Source: a virus. From it: a DNA stretch of 64,000 nucleotides. Made by a program: the position numbers and the translations under genes. The stretch covers positions 96,001 through 160,000 of the IMG/VR virus record IMGVR_UViG_3300043570_004127; one strand, 5' to 3'. The notes under the pieces were generated by a model that was given only the letters and a program-made list of their open reading frames with translations, did no database searches and was not told where the DNA came from. The number at the start of each line of letters is the position of its first letter. The stretch's first letter is position 1. Of the stretch, positions 55,448-64,000 are shown one piece after another.

Positions 55448-56494
55448 TCAAATACATGCACATTCTCCCTTGATGCAAATTAGATAACACCCAGCGGTAG
55501 TTTCAGGCGGCGGCGGAGGCGGCGGAGGCGGCGGAGGCGGCGGCGGAGGAGGCGGAGGAGGAGGAGGAGGAGGAGGAGGAGGAGGAGCATCAGGTGAAGT
55601 TTCCGAACAGAAAACGGTGTCTGAATCTGCATAACCGAATCTTTGAACCTTTAGATATGCGGAACGCGATTCTGAATAGCCAAGTCCTGTCCAGCCTTGA
55701 CTTGTACCGAATGTGTCGTTAGGGCAAAGGCCGCCAGCACAGTCAAAATAGTTGTAGAAATATCCACCGCTAGAGTTTGCAACATATGTTTGGTCGGCTG
55801 GTTCTAAGTAATTGCTAAAGTTGATTCCAACACGTCCTAGTGTATCGTCGTCCATCGCAAATTGAGGGGTTGGTATTTTGCTATTCAACGGAGTGATTGA
55901 ACTAGACGCAGTCGAGTAGCTTCCAGTTCCAATTGTATTTACTGCAGCTACTCGAAACACATATGCGAACCCGTTGGTTAAGCCAGTTACCGTCACCGAC
56001 GTCAAAGTTGACGCAGCGCGACTAAACGTCGTCCATGTTGAGCCACTGTTTGAAGAATACTGAACCGTGTAGTCACTGATTAACGAACCAATCGATGCTG
56101 GAGCTATCCATGAAACAGCAGCCGTAGTATTTCCATAAGTGCTTGGAAGAGTTACTGTTGGTGCGAGTGGTGCGGAAGGAACCCCACCGAGAACAAGCGG
56201 ACTAGATGCTGTTGATACTGGAGATTCTGTCGCCGATGTGTCATCAATTGCAACAGCGGTAAAAGTGTAGGTTTGACCAGCAGTTAAACCAGAAGATATT
56301 GAAACACTTGCCGAGCTAGATGTTTCGGTTACTCCGTTGCTTGCAATGACCCTGTAACGAACTGCTCCCGATTTACCTTTGTACCCAGTATGCGTGATTG
56401 TTACAAGAGCATTACCAAGTGCATCGACGGCTCCAACTACTGCGGTTGGTGGTTCAATGAACTTTCCACCACTTGCCTGATTGCCCGGAATCAC
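55448..56494 (-). CDS. FN3-domain protein with a poly-Pro(27) run and a Cys-rich C-terminal peptide
   Basis: FN3 motif VTGLTNG.AY.FRVAAVN..GTG.YS; P27, then ETTAGCYLICIKGECACI. Confidence 0.8.
   Translation of the reverse strand: MIPGNQASGGKFIEPPTAVVGAVDALGNALVTITHTGYKGKSGAVRYRVIASNGVTETSSSASVSISSGLTAGQTYTFTAVAIDDTSATESPVSTASSPLVLGGVPSAPLAPTVTLPSTYGNTTAAVSWIAPASIGSLISDYTVQYSSNSGSTWTTFSRAASTLTSVTVTGLTNGFAYVFRVAAVNTIGTGSYSTASSSITPLNSKIPTPQFAMDDDTLGRVGINFSNYLEPADQTYVANSSGGYFYNYFDCAGGLCPNDTFGTSQGWTGLGYSESRSAYLKVQRFGYADSDTVFCSETSPDAPPPPPPPPPPPPPPPPPPPPPPPPPPPETTAGCYLICIKGECACI
55505..55585 (-). repeat. Poly-proline tract (27 CCT/CCG codons)
   Basis: (GGA/GGC)n run on the plus strand. Confidence 0.95.
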
Positions 56495-59400
56495 GACGCC
56501 GCCAAGTCACCTATAACAAACCACTCGTTTGCATTTTCTGTTTTGACTATTGTGCACGAAGAGTATCTGGCCCTCAAGTAAACACCCGGTGTTGCGAGGA
56601 GTGTCACTCCGGCACCTGCAAGAATTCTTGTCTTACCAGTTCCTCGTTGAATAACGGTGATGCTTGTACCAGTTCCAAATGCAACACTCGAAGCCGGTGG
56701 AACAGTCAGGTCATTGGCAGAGCTTGAGTCCATAATAATGATTGTCTCTGCAGCATCACCAATCGCAAGTGTGTAGTTGCCAGCCTTTGCACTGAGTGAT
56801 TGAACACCCGTTGTTGAAACTGAAGCTGTAGAACCTTCCCCCTGAGTATGGGAGATAGCAATACCAGTACCAGCCACTACTTCCAGCATGTAATTGCCAG
56901 TTGTGTCAGTTCCCAAAGCAATTGAACCGTTCAGTGCAACTGTTCCGCTCGCATCCGGAAGGCTTACAGTCCTATCTGCAGTTGGGTTAACAACGGTAAG
57001 TACTGTTTCAAACTCATCTGTTGTTGAACCCTCAAATGTGATGAAATGTGGTTCTGGAAGATAGATACCATGAATTCTCGGAGTTCCACCAGTAGCCGTA
57101 ATTTCTGGTCCATTAATAGTTGGCGTCGTAAGAGTTTTATTGGAAAGAGTTTGGGTTGTATCTGTTCCAACCAGAGTTGTGGTTGCATCAGGAAGAGTTA
57201 TAGTTCTGTCTGCAGTTGGGTCTGTTACAACAAGGGACGTTTCGTAATCGTCCGCGGTGGCTCCTTCAAAGATAACTCCGCCACCCACAGTTACACTTCC
57301 TGCAACAGTGAGATGACCTGGGTCAGAAATGGACGAAGATGCAAGAATTTGAGCTGAACCTTGTATCTCTGTTTTGCCACCACCAACTGCAGCGTTTGAA
57401 GTTACTCGCACGAACCTCGTTGCCTCTTGGCTTATCAATTCAACGGTGCCAGTGTTTGGTGCAATAAACCTTATTCCGCTAGCCGTTCCAGCATTATCAG
57501 CCAAAAGCGCACTTCGTGCTCTTCCGTCAGTAAAGTATAAATTTGTAGTTCCCTCTGTTACGTTGTCAGAGTTACCCGTTGTATCGGTTCCTAGGTTGAT
57601 TGGGTCATTGGTCCAATAGCTTCCATTCCATTTTAGAAAATCTCCCGATGCAGGGGAGTTGAAAGCCCGCACTGGACGAACATAGAGTGAGTTACTCTTT
57701 GCGGAAAAACCTTGTCCGCCGTCACCTAGATTTTCATATTTGGCTTGTGTTGCGCTGTGTTCCGTAGAGCTCCAGTAATTATTGCTAAGCAATCCAGGAA
57801 TGGTGCCAGCTTCTAAACTTTCGACTGCATAGAGTTCTTGTAACTCATCAATTGATGGAAGGAACCAGTCTGAAAAACCACCATATTCATATCCGGATGC
57901 GTATGCAGCCGCGCTAGTTGCGGAAACATTTCCAGACTGAGCAACAATGTCTATCGTGTTTTGAGCACCGAAGCCGAATCCGGTTGCATCTGCCCCAGAA
58001 ACCGCCAATGATTGGTTTCCACCAGTAGCCCAACTTCTTTGAACCTGGGACGCAGATGGTGCAACTTCGAAATACTTGCCAGTAGAGTTACCAGTTGTAT
58101 CTGGAGTAATGAAAATTATCCCGCCAGCCGGACCAGTCGCACCAATTTGATATGCGGTTGAAACATCTGGGAGGTCGCTAAGGCTGGTAAGGGATGCTGC
58201 AGATATGTCAGCCGTAGTTCCAATTTCTAAATATGCGCTACCGTCTTCCGTGATTTCCCACTTGTCAGATGTCTCGTTCCAGCGAAGCGCAACATTCGCC
58301 GAAGAACCACGTTCAACTTCAATCCCAGCGTTTTCCGTTGGGGCTGCAGTCACGTTGCTATTAAGAACAACGAGATTGTCGTCAACCATCAACTCTGTGG
58401 TGTTAATTGCTGTCGTTGTTCCAGAAACCGTCAGGTCTCCAGTTATTGTCAAATTCGCAAATGTAACAGATGCGCTTGTTCCAACTGCCTGACCAATTGC
58501 GATAGTCGGAGTCGCCGTTTCTCCAGAGTTATTGGAGAGGGTTACGCCCGTACCTGCAACGAGAGATGAAACGTAATCTCCAGTTGTTTTGACACCAAGG
58601 GCAACAGTGTTGTCTGGAAGCGTTACCGTCCCAGTAAATGTTGGAGATGCAAGCGGTGCTTTAAGGTCAAGCGCAGTTTGCGTTGCTGTAGATACTGGCT
58701 TGTTCGCATCTGATGTGTTGGTTACGTTGCCGAGACCAACCATCGTTGCCGAAACTCCAGAAACAGTTCCAGTGAATGTCGGGCTAGCGAGTGGCGCCTT
58801 ATCATTCAATTGTGTTTGAATTGCAGAGGTTACACCATCTACATAATTGAGTTCAACAGTTGAAAGAGTTGCCCCATCAAGAATGTTTAGCTCTGCAGCT
58901 GTAGACGTAACTCCAGTTAAGTCTGTCGGCGCGATAGATATATCTGACGAACCATTAAATGACTGTCCAGCAATATTTCTTGCTGTTTGCAGTGTAGTTG
59001 CAGTTGAAGCATTTCCAATCAGTGGAGCAGTAATCGCAGCAAACTGCACCGATGATGAAGTTCCAACTGCCTGTCCAATTGCAATAGTCGCATTCGAACC
59101 TTCGCCAGGGGTGTGTGTAATCGAAACGCCTGTTCCCTGCGTAAGGTCAGACATATAATTTCCACTCGTGTCGGTTCCAAGGGTAATTGAATTTATTTGG
59201 ACTGTTGCTGATATGGAAACATCTTGCGAACCATCGAAAGACACAGAACCCGATACATCACCCGATAAAGAGATTACTCGTGCCGTCTCCAAAGTTTCTG
59301 CTGTAGTCGCATTAATTGTTCCACCAAGTAAGTTTGTTACTGAGTCGTTATACCAGTCGTAACCGTCAAACGCAAGAACATCTCCCTCGGCTGCAGCATC

Positions 59401-60123
59401 TATGTATACGTTGTCTAGTTCATCCAGCAATGGGAACTCTGGAGTTAATGTAACTTGTTGCCACGAACCTGAATAGTATGTATAGAGTTCAAGCTCGCTT
59501 GAGTTGTACCAAAGGTCACCGACTCTTACCTCGTCGGTTGGCTCCGTGTCCGAAACAGTAATAAAGTGGATTGTTTCGTTAATCCAAGCAGAAGCGGAGT
59601 TCTTGTAAACCAGGAAATCCCCTTCTTCGGCATCGCTAATTGTTACGTCACCAATGTCGTTCAGGTTGTTGATTGTCGGAATTGAAGCCCACTCAACACC
59701 AACCGATGCCGAGTTATTTGCCTTGAGAAAGTATCCGTCGGTTCCAACGCCAAGTCTGAAAAGACCGTTACCGTCGGTTACAAGCAGGTCGCCTTTTGTC
59801 GTTAACTTGCTTACAAGTTCGTTTGCTTCATCAGCGTCGTTAGCTGTAAATACTGGGTAGATGACAGAGCCAATTTGGTGCTCTGAAGCGGTGGTGTCAT
59901 CCTGGGCTCTAACGAGAGTGAGTGTTGAACCAGATATGGTTGCAAGACACTTTTCTTCAGTGAGTGAAGACGGATTTATGACAACATAGAAAGGGATGCC
60001 AGCAATTGATGGCCATCCAGTGGTCGCCGCAATGTCAACAGTTGTCCCAACGTTAGTTAAGAGTGTTGTTGTAGTCGTATTGCGAGCCGCGCCCGAATAT
60101 TGTTTGCGTGTATATGCTGCCAT
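56491..60123 (-). CDS. Long tail fibre with an internal DUF1566/C-type-lectin-like domain and a C-terminal docking module
   Basis: LGTDTTG repeats; DWFLPSIDEL...YWSSTE...YVRPVRAF; C-terminus YTLAIGDA...VPPASSVAFGTG...WFVIGDL. Confidence 0.8.
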   Translation of the reverse strand: MAAYTRKQYSGAARNTTTTTLLTNVGTTVDIAATTGWPSIAGIPFYVVINPSSLTEEKCLATISGSTLTLVRAQDDTTASEHQIGSVIYPVFTANDADEANELVSKLTTKGDLLVTDGNGLFRLGVGTDGYFLKANNSASVGVEWASIPTINNLNDIGDVTISDAEEGDFLVYKNSASAWINETIHFITVSDTEPTDEVRVGDLWYNSSELELYTYYSGSWQQVTLTPEFPLLDELDNVYIDAAAEGDVLAFDGYDWYNDSVTNLLGGTINATTAETLETARVISLSGDVSGSVSFDGSQDVSISATVQINSITLGTDTSGNYMSDLTQGTGVSITHTPGEGSNATIAIGQAVGTSSSVQFAAITAPLIGNASTATTLQTARNIAGQSFNGSSDISIAPTDLTGVTSTAAELNILDGATLSTVELNYVDGVTSAIQTQLNDKAPLASPTFTGTVSGVSATMVGLGNVTNTSDANKPVSTATQTALDLKAPLASPTFTGTVTLPDNTVALGVKTTGDYVSSLVAGTGVTLSNNSGETATPTIAIGQAVGTSASVTFANLTITGDLTVSGTTTAINTTELMVDDNLVVLNSNVTAAPTENAGIEVERGSSANVALRWNETSDKWEITEDGSAYLEIGTTADISAASLTSLSDLPDVSTAYQIGATGPAGGIIFITPDTTGNSTGKYFEVAPSASQVQRSWATGGNQSLAVSGADATGFGFGAQNTIDIVAQSGNVSATSAAAYASGYEYGGFSDWFLPSIDELQELYAVESLEAGTIPGLLSNNYWSSTEHSATQAKYENLGDGGQGFSAKSNSLYVRPVRAFNSPASGDFLKWNGSYWTNDPINLGTDTTGNSDNVTEGTTNLYFTDGRARSALLADNAGTASGIRFIAPNTGTVELISQEATRFVRVTSNAAVGGGKTEIQGSAQILASSSISDPGHLTVAGSVTVGGGVIFEGATADDYETSLVVTDPTADRTITLPDATTTLVGTDTTQTLSNKTLTTPTINGPEITATGGTPRIHGIYLPEPHFITFEGSTTDEFETVLTVVNPTADRTVSLPDASGTVALNGSIALGTDTTGNYMLEVVAGTGIAISHTQGEGSTASVSTTGVQSLSAKAGNYTLAIGDAAETIIIMDSSSANDLTVPPASSVAFGTGTSITVIQRGTGKTRILAGAGVTLLATPGVYLRARYSSCTIVKTENANEWFVIGDLAAS

Positions 60124-60146
60124 GATTACTCCTAGTTTACTTCATC

Positions 60147-62258
60147 TCAACTAACAAGGGCCTGAAGACCCCAGTATCCAGCTGTGATTCCTTGAATTGG
60201 GTCTGCGTCATACAATGCTGTTTGTCCGGATACACCAGAGCCACTTGCAGTGCGAATATTCGTTACACGTCTTACTGCTGAATCACCAGCTGTTGCCCCA
60301 CCAGAAGCTGTCGCCGACCTGAGGAATGTGATGACTTCACTCAGGTTGGTTGAAGAACTGGTTCCGCTTCCAGATGCGGTTCTTGGCGCCGTATGCAAAC
60401 CTGTTGCACTATCGCCAACAGTCGCTCCACCTGTAGCTGTTCCCGAACGAATATTGCTGTAGAGCGTTAAGTTGCTAGAGCCACCGATTCCTGAGCCAGA
60501 AGCAGTTCTGAAAACAGTTCTAAGTTGCTGAGACACAAGTTCACTGCTCTGACCAGATGCGTTTGCGGTTCGTGGGGCGATGTGCTCCCCTAAAGCGGTG
60601 TCCCCAGCTGTTGCAGAACCAGAGCCATTAGCGGTTCTGATGTTTGAGTACAGAATAGTGGTTGCAGAAGTCCCAAATCCAGAACCTGATGCAGTTCGTA
60701 TGAATGTTGTGACAATTGAAACGGATGAGCCACCGACACCTGAGCCACTTGATGTTCTCGGAGCAGTATGTAGACCGTTGGATGAATCTGAACCCTGTCC
60801 GGAACCACTGGCGGTTCTGACCGGAATTCCAATTGAGGAAGAACTTTCCGAACTGCTTCCACTTCCATCTGCCGACCTAGGTGCAACATGAAGACCAAGA
60901 GCGGTATCTCCAGCAGTCGCTGAACCTGCGCCTACCGCGCCTCTTGGCGAAGTATGTCTTCCGTTTGCCACCTGTGTCGATGTTCCAGAAGATATTGAGG
61001 TTCTGTGCAGAGTCTTTGTTTCGTCGGTACTCTGTGTCCCAGCTCCGGAACCATTGGCGGTTCTTGGTGAGACATGGAGGCCATTTGCTTCGTCTCCAGC
61101 AGTTGCTCCACCAGAAGCACTCGCCGAACGAAGATTGCTATAGAGGATTGAATTACTGGAACCGCTGGTTCCTGCGCCCGATGCAGTTCTAGGGGCAGTA
61201 TGTAGACCAAGAGCTTCATCGTTAACTGTCGCCCCACCATCCCCATAGGCAGTTCTAATTTTTCCGTATCTGTAGGATATGAGTGAGTCAGACTGTCCTG
61301 ATGCAGAGCCACTCCTGCGAACACTGTGCAATTGTTCTGATGTTGACGAACCAATTCCAGTAGCGGATATGGTCCTGAGTAATGTATTTTTTTCTTCCGA
61401 AGACGACGAGCTGCTACCTGAAGCATTTGCAGTTCTAAGATTTGAATGAAGCGTTAGGGCGGTATCGCCCGCTGTCGCAGAGCCTGAGCCGTAACCAGTT
61501 CTAAGGTTGGAATGGACGATTGCGTTATTTGAAGTTCCAGAACCACTAGCCGAAGCGGTTCTGAGATGTGTATGAAGGGCCAGGACAAACGAATCACCAT
61601 TTCCTGAACCGGTAACACTTCGTGGAGAAATGATAAGTCGTGTTGCAGACTCGCTTGATTGTGCAGTATCACTTGCGGTACGTGGCGACGTGTGCAGCCC
61701 AATTGCTGTTGAATTACTAGTTGCCGAGCCTGAAGCAGAAACAACAGATGTTCTAACCCTCGTTGACGATTCGCTTGACTGGCCAGAACCGGATGCACTC
61801 CTAGGTGCAGTGTGTAGTCCGAGCGCCTCATCACCAGCGGTTGCACCACCGGATGCAGTTGCACCTCTAAGGAATGTAATTACTTCGCTTAGGTTGGTTG
61901 ATGAGCCATTTCCGCTTCCGCTTGCTGTTCTCGGCGAAATATGAAGGCCAGTTGCGGAGCTGTTTCCTTCTGCAGAAGCAGAAGCTTGTCTTGGCGAAAC
62001 ATGAAGACCAATTGCTTGGTCGCCGGCTGTCGCGGAACCAGAGCCAACACCACCTCTCGGGGATGTGTGAAGTGAGACAATAGCGTGGCTAGATGTAGCA
62101 GATGCCGAAGCGGTTCTTGGTGCTGTATGCAGTTGCGACGCAGACGAAGAACCGATTGCTGTAGCGGAGGCAGTCTCCGATACTGTTTTAAAGCCTACAT
62201 AGAACGACGACGTCCCTCGGAATGGCTCCGAGAAACCGATTATCTCTTGTTCATCCAT
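60147..62258 (-). CDS. Ser/Gly/Ala/Thr-rich repetitive virion protein
   Basis: Many ~25-aa repeats of the form LH(T/V)(A/S)PRTASGSG..AGD.A.G. Confidence 0.75.
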   Translation of the reverse strand: MDEQEIIGFSEPFRGTSSFYVGFKTVSETASATAIGSSSASQLHTAPRTASASATSSHAIVSLHTSPRGGVGSGSATAGDQAIGLHVSPRQASASAEGNSSATGLHISPRTASGSGNGSSTNLSEVITFLRGATASGGATAGDEALGLHTAPRSASGSGQSSESSTRVRTSVVSASGSATSNSTAIGLHTSPRTASDTAQSSESATRLIISPRSVTGSGNGDSFVLALHTHLRTASASGSGTSNNAIVHSNLRTGYGSGSATAGDTALTLHSNLRTANASGSSSSSSEEKNTLLRTISATGIGSSTSEQLHSVRRSGSASGQSDSLISYRYGKIRTAYGDGGATVNDEALGLHTAPRTASGAGTSGSSNSILYSNLRSASASGGATAGDEANGLHVSPRTANGSGAGTQSTDETKTLHRTSISSGTSTQVANGRHTSPRGAVGAGSATAGDTALGLHVAPRSADGSGSSSESSSSIGIPVRTASGSGQGSDSSNGLHTAPRTSSGSGVGGSSVSIVTTFIRTASGSGFGTSATTILYSNIRTANGSGSATAGDTALGEHIAPRTANASGQSSELVSQQLRTVFRTASGSGIGGSSNLTLYSNIRSGTATGGATVGDSATGLHTAPRTASGSGTSSSTNLSEVITFLRSATASGGATAGDSAVRRVTNIRTASGSGVSGQTALYDADPIQGITAGYWGLQALVS

Positions 62259-62280
62259 GAGGGGTTACTCCCCTTGTGGA

Positions 62281-62643
62281 TTATTCGAGTGTCAGTGTAA
62301 GAGAGGTGATTTCGAAAGTGTCACCTGCGGTAACTGAAGCAGCTGCAGAGAGAGCACCGTACCAGAGAGCGTTGCCACTGGTTTCTGCATCCCACAGTGA
62401 CCAGTGAGTATAGACTTCTGTTGCAGCAACGTTTGTCCATTCAACTGTTCCGCTTGAGGCCTTCGAGCCACCTGACGCAGCGCTGAAAGAAACAGCCTTT
62501 CGACGTGTATCTACAGCTGGGGAGCCAGTTGCATTTTCTCCCGGGTCGCCAAGATGAAGCTTGAGGTACGCAGCGGAAGCCGAGTATGCCGTAGCACTCA
62601 AGGTGTCGAGTAATTTATTTTCTAAGTAACTTGAAATTGTCAT
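62281..62643 (-). CDS. Virion structural protein
   Basis: SYLENKLLD...YL.LH.GDPGE...HWSLWDA.T.GN.L..GAL, a common small fibre-associated family. Confidence 0.75.
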   Translation of the reverse strand: MTISSYLENKLLDTLSATAYSASAAYLKLHLGDPGENATGSPAVDTRRKAVSFSAASGGSKASSGTVEWTNVAATEVYTHWSLWDAETSGNALWYGALSAAASVTAGDTFEITSLTLTLE

Positions 62644-62698
62644 GTTAATGATGCCTTTGTGCTAGGGGCCGGTTTATACCGCTTGCTACAAGAATACA

Positions 62699-63115
62699 CT
62701 AAGGAGTGAATTCTATTTGTACGGTTAGGTTTTGTCCTGGATTCAAGGAGCCAACTTGGTCAACATCGACCGATATGTAATCCCCAGTAGTAAGTGAAGT
62801 CGTATTTGGCGTTGAAGTTGACACTACGTTTTGACCAGCGTAAATCTGCGGTTTTGGGTTTGTTGTAAAAACACTTGTGCCGTTTTTGTTAACGTCAATA
62901 ATTATTGATGAACCAGTTGGGGCGGTACCGACCGAAGCCCTGACGTTACTAAGTGTGATTGCCCCAGGAATGTAGAACCTGGCGCTTCCAACACCGACAC
63001 TCAATGTTCCTGGAACGGTAAATACTTGGACCTGATGGAGGAATTGCTGCACACCAGGACCCCTGGTCGCGGTGACGATTACCCTGTTTTGTGTATTTGT
63101 TACTTGGTTTGTCAT
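62699..63115 (-). CDS. Small beta-rich virion protein (paralog of 7130-7480)
   Basis: VRASVGTAPTGSSIIIDVNKNGT...GDYISVDVDQVGS..PG.NLTV. Confidence 0.7.
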   Translation of the reverse strand: MTNQVTNTQNRVIVTATRGPGVQQFLHQVQVFTVPGTLSVGVGSARFYIPGAITLSNVRASVGTAPTGSSIIIDVNKNGTSVFTTNPKPQIYAGQNVVSTSTPNTTSLTTGDYISVDVDQVGSLNPGQNLTVQIEFTP

Positions 63116-63510
63116 TTTGTGACCTCCTGGGAAAGCGTAAATACACCCTCGATAACCCTGTCTATTTCGTTATTTGGGGAAATTATCTCTATGTCGTACA
63201 CACCAGAAGAGGTAATGTCCAATGTATCCTCGGCGCGAATGAATAGCCTCAACCCACCGGGCTCTTCATCCAGGAATATTCGGCCGTTCTCCGTAGTGAG
63301 GGTGATTAACGATGTTGCCGAGTTGACGTATTTTCGGACTGTCATTCTTGCTCGATACTCGGAAAGCTCCCAATTTAGGTATTCTGGGCATACATTCGGG
63401 TCTTCGCAATCAGCGGGATATTCAGGATTTGGGTATTGCAAAATCATCAAAATGTCAAATGTAGAACCCTGCTGACAGGCTATGTTGTACTTTCCAGCAA
63501 TCATTGACAC
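63112..63510 (-). CDS. BppU/LtfC-like structural protein
   Basis: AGKYNI..QQGSTF...Y.ARM.VR...LTTENG.I...GVYDIEI...R.IEG.F. Confidence 0.7.
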   Translation of the reverse strand: MSMIAGKYNIACQQGSTFDILMILQYPNPEYPADCEDPNVCPEYLNWELSEYRARMTVRKYVNSATSLITLTTENGRIFLDEEPGGLRLFIRAEDTLDITSSGVYDIEIISPNNEIDRVIEGVFTLSQEVTK

Positions 63511-63577
63511 GTGTTTTCTCCAATCAAATACCTAAAAGATTGTAGATGAGATAACACCCTTGTGGGTGTACGTGTAT

Positions 63578-63793
63578 TTAAAGGACTGAGCCAGAATCCT
63601 TGTTTGAGCCAACATTCTTGAGGCCCATCGCCATGGCGATTGAAGCGGCAACAGCCACAACACCGATTTTCACATTTGCCATGTCGGTAAGCGCGTTGAA
63701 GTCAGAACCAGCTACGACCCAGGCGCCAAGGTATGCCTGAACGAATGTCTTTGCTGCTCTTTCGGCTGTATCTACAATGAATTTGCTGTTCAT
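63578..63793 (-). CDS. Putative holin (r1t-like)
   Basis: AERAAKTFVQA motif and two hydrophobic segments; 71 aa. Confidence 0.75.
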   Translation of the reverse strand: MNSKFIVDTAERAAKTFVQAYLGAWVVAGSDFNALTDMANVKIGVVAVAASIAMAMGLKNVGSNKDSGSVL

Positions 63794-63907
63794 GATTTTC
63801 TCCTAGTTCGGGTCGTTCCCGTTGGTCCATCTTACCCGATGAGACATGCAACCAAAGTCAAGTGAATAGCATATTCCTGGATAGTCCTTATCGTATAAAC
63901 TCGACAA

Positions 63908-64000
63908 GTGGAAAAATATATTTCAGAATTTGGCCTATACCCGATTGTCATACGCCAATCTAGGTATTCGGGAATATACGAGGGTGGCTTGTGGTTCGCG
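63908..64000 (+). CDS. Hypothetical protein (5' part; runs off the window's right edge)
   Basis: TAAACT, 6 nt, then GTG; open frame MEKYISEFGLYPIVIRQSRYSGIYEGGLWFA. Confidence 0.55.
   Translation, partial: MEKYISEFGLYPIVIRQSRYSGIYEGGLWFA

Noticed and set aside
49939-60123. Complete diversity-generating retroelement
   Set aside because: Mtd_N-like and DUF1566-like domains are present, but no reverse transcriptase or template repeat is visible in the window.
1-64000. tRNA genes, integrase, major capsid protein, introns/inteins
   Set aside because: None recognised by eye. The capsid gene probably lies beyond the left edge, after the protease. A tRNAscan/Infernal run would be needed to be sure.

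Overview
This window is part of a tailed dsDNA phage genome with a contractile tail (myovirus-like). Many starts look leaderless (a -10 hexamer 6-7 nt before ATG/GTG), which suggests an actinobacterial host; that is an inference. Layout: (1-2.9 kb, minus strand) prohead protease and a portal-MuF fusion; (3-9.3 kb, plus) large terminase, Sak-like and PD-(D/E)XK recombination genes, HNH-like, RuvC-like and ParB-like genes; (9.5-25 kb) neck, sheath, tube, a frameshifted tail chaperone, tape measure and baseplate; (25-64 kb) two converging arrays of fibre/decoration genes mixed with about 20 protein-modification enzymes (12 2OG-Fe(II) dioxygenases, a Gnt1/GT60-like GlcNAc transferase, a radical SAM protein, 3 GPx-fold proteins, DUF6065 and others). 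Two findings stand out. (a) The gap at 7590-7865 holds two tandem, separately promoted and terminated small RNA candidates. One has a 5' 17-mer exactly antisense to 23S rRNA helix 69; the other carries a 15-nt complement of the 16S rRNA 3' (anti-SD) tail. Together they look like a ribosome-targeting sRNA pair. (b) A cassette occurs three times: a docking-module fibre gene, then an FN3 protein with a Pro-, Thr- or Cys-rich tail, then modifying enzymes. This looks like a phage-encoded system for hydroxyproline/glycan decoration of the virion. Family assignments come from motif recognition by eye; no database searches were run.
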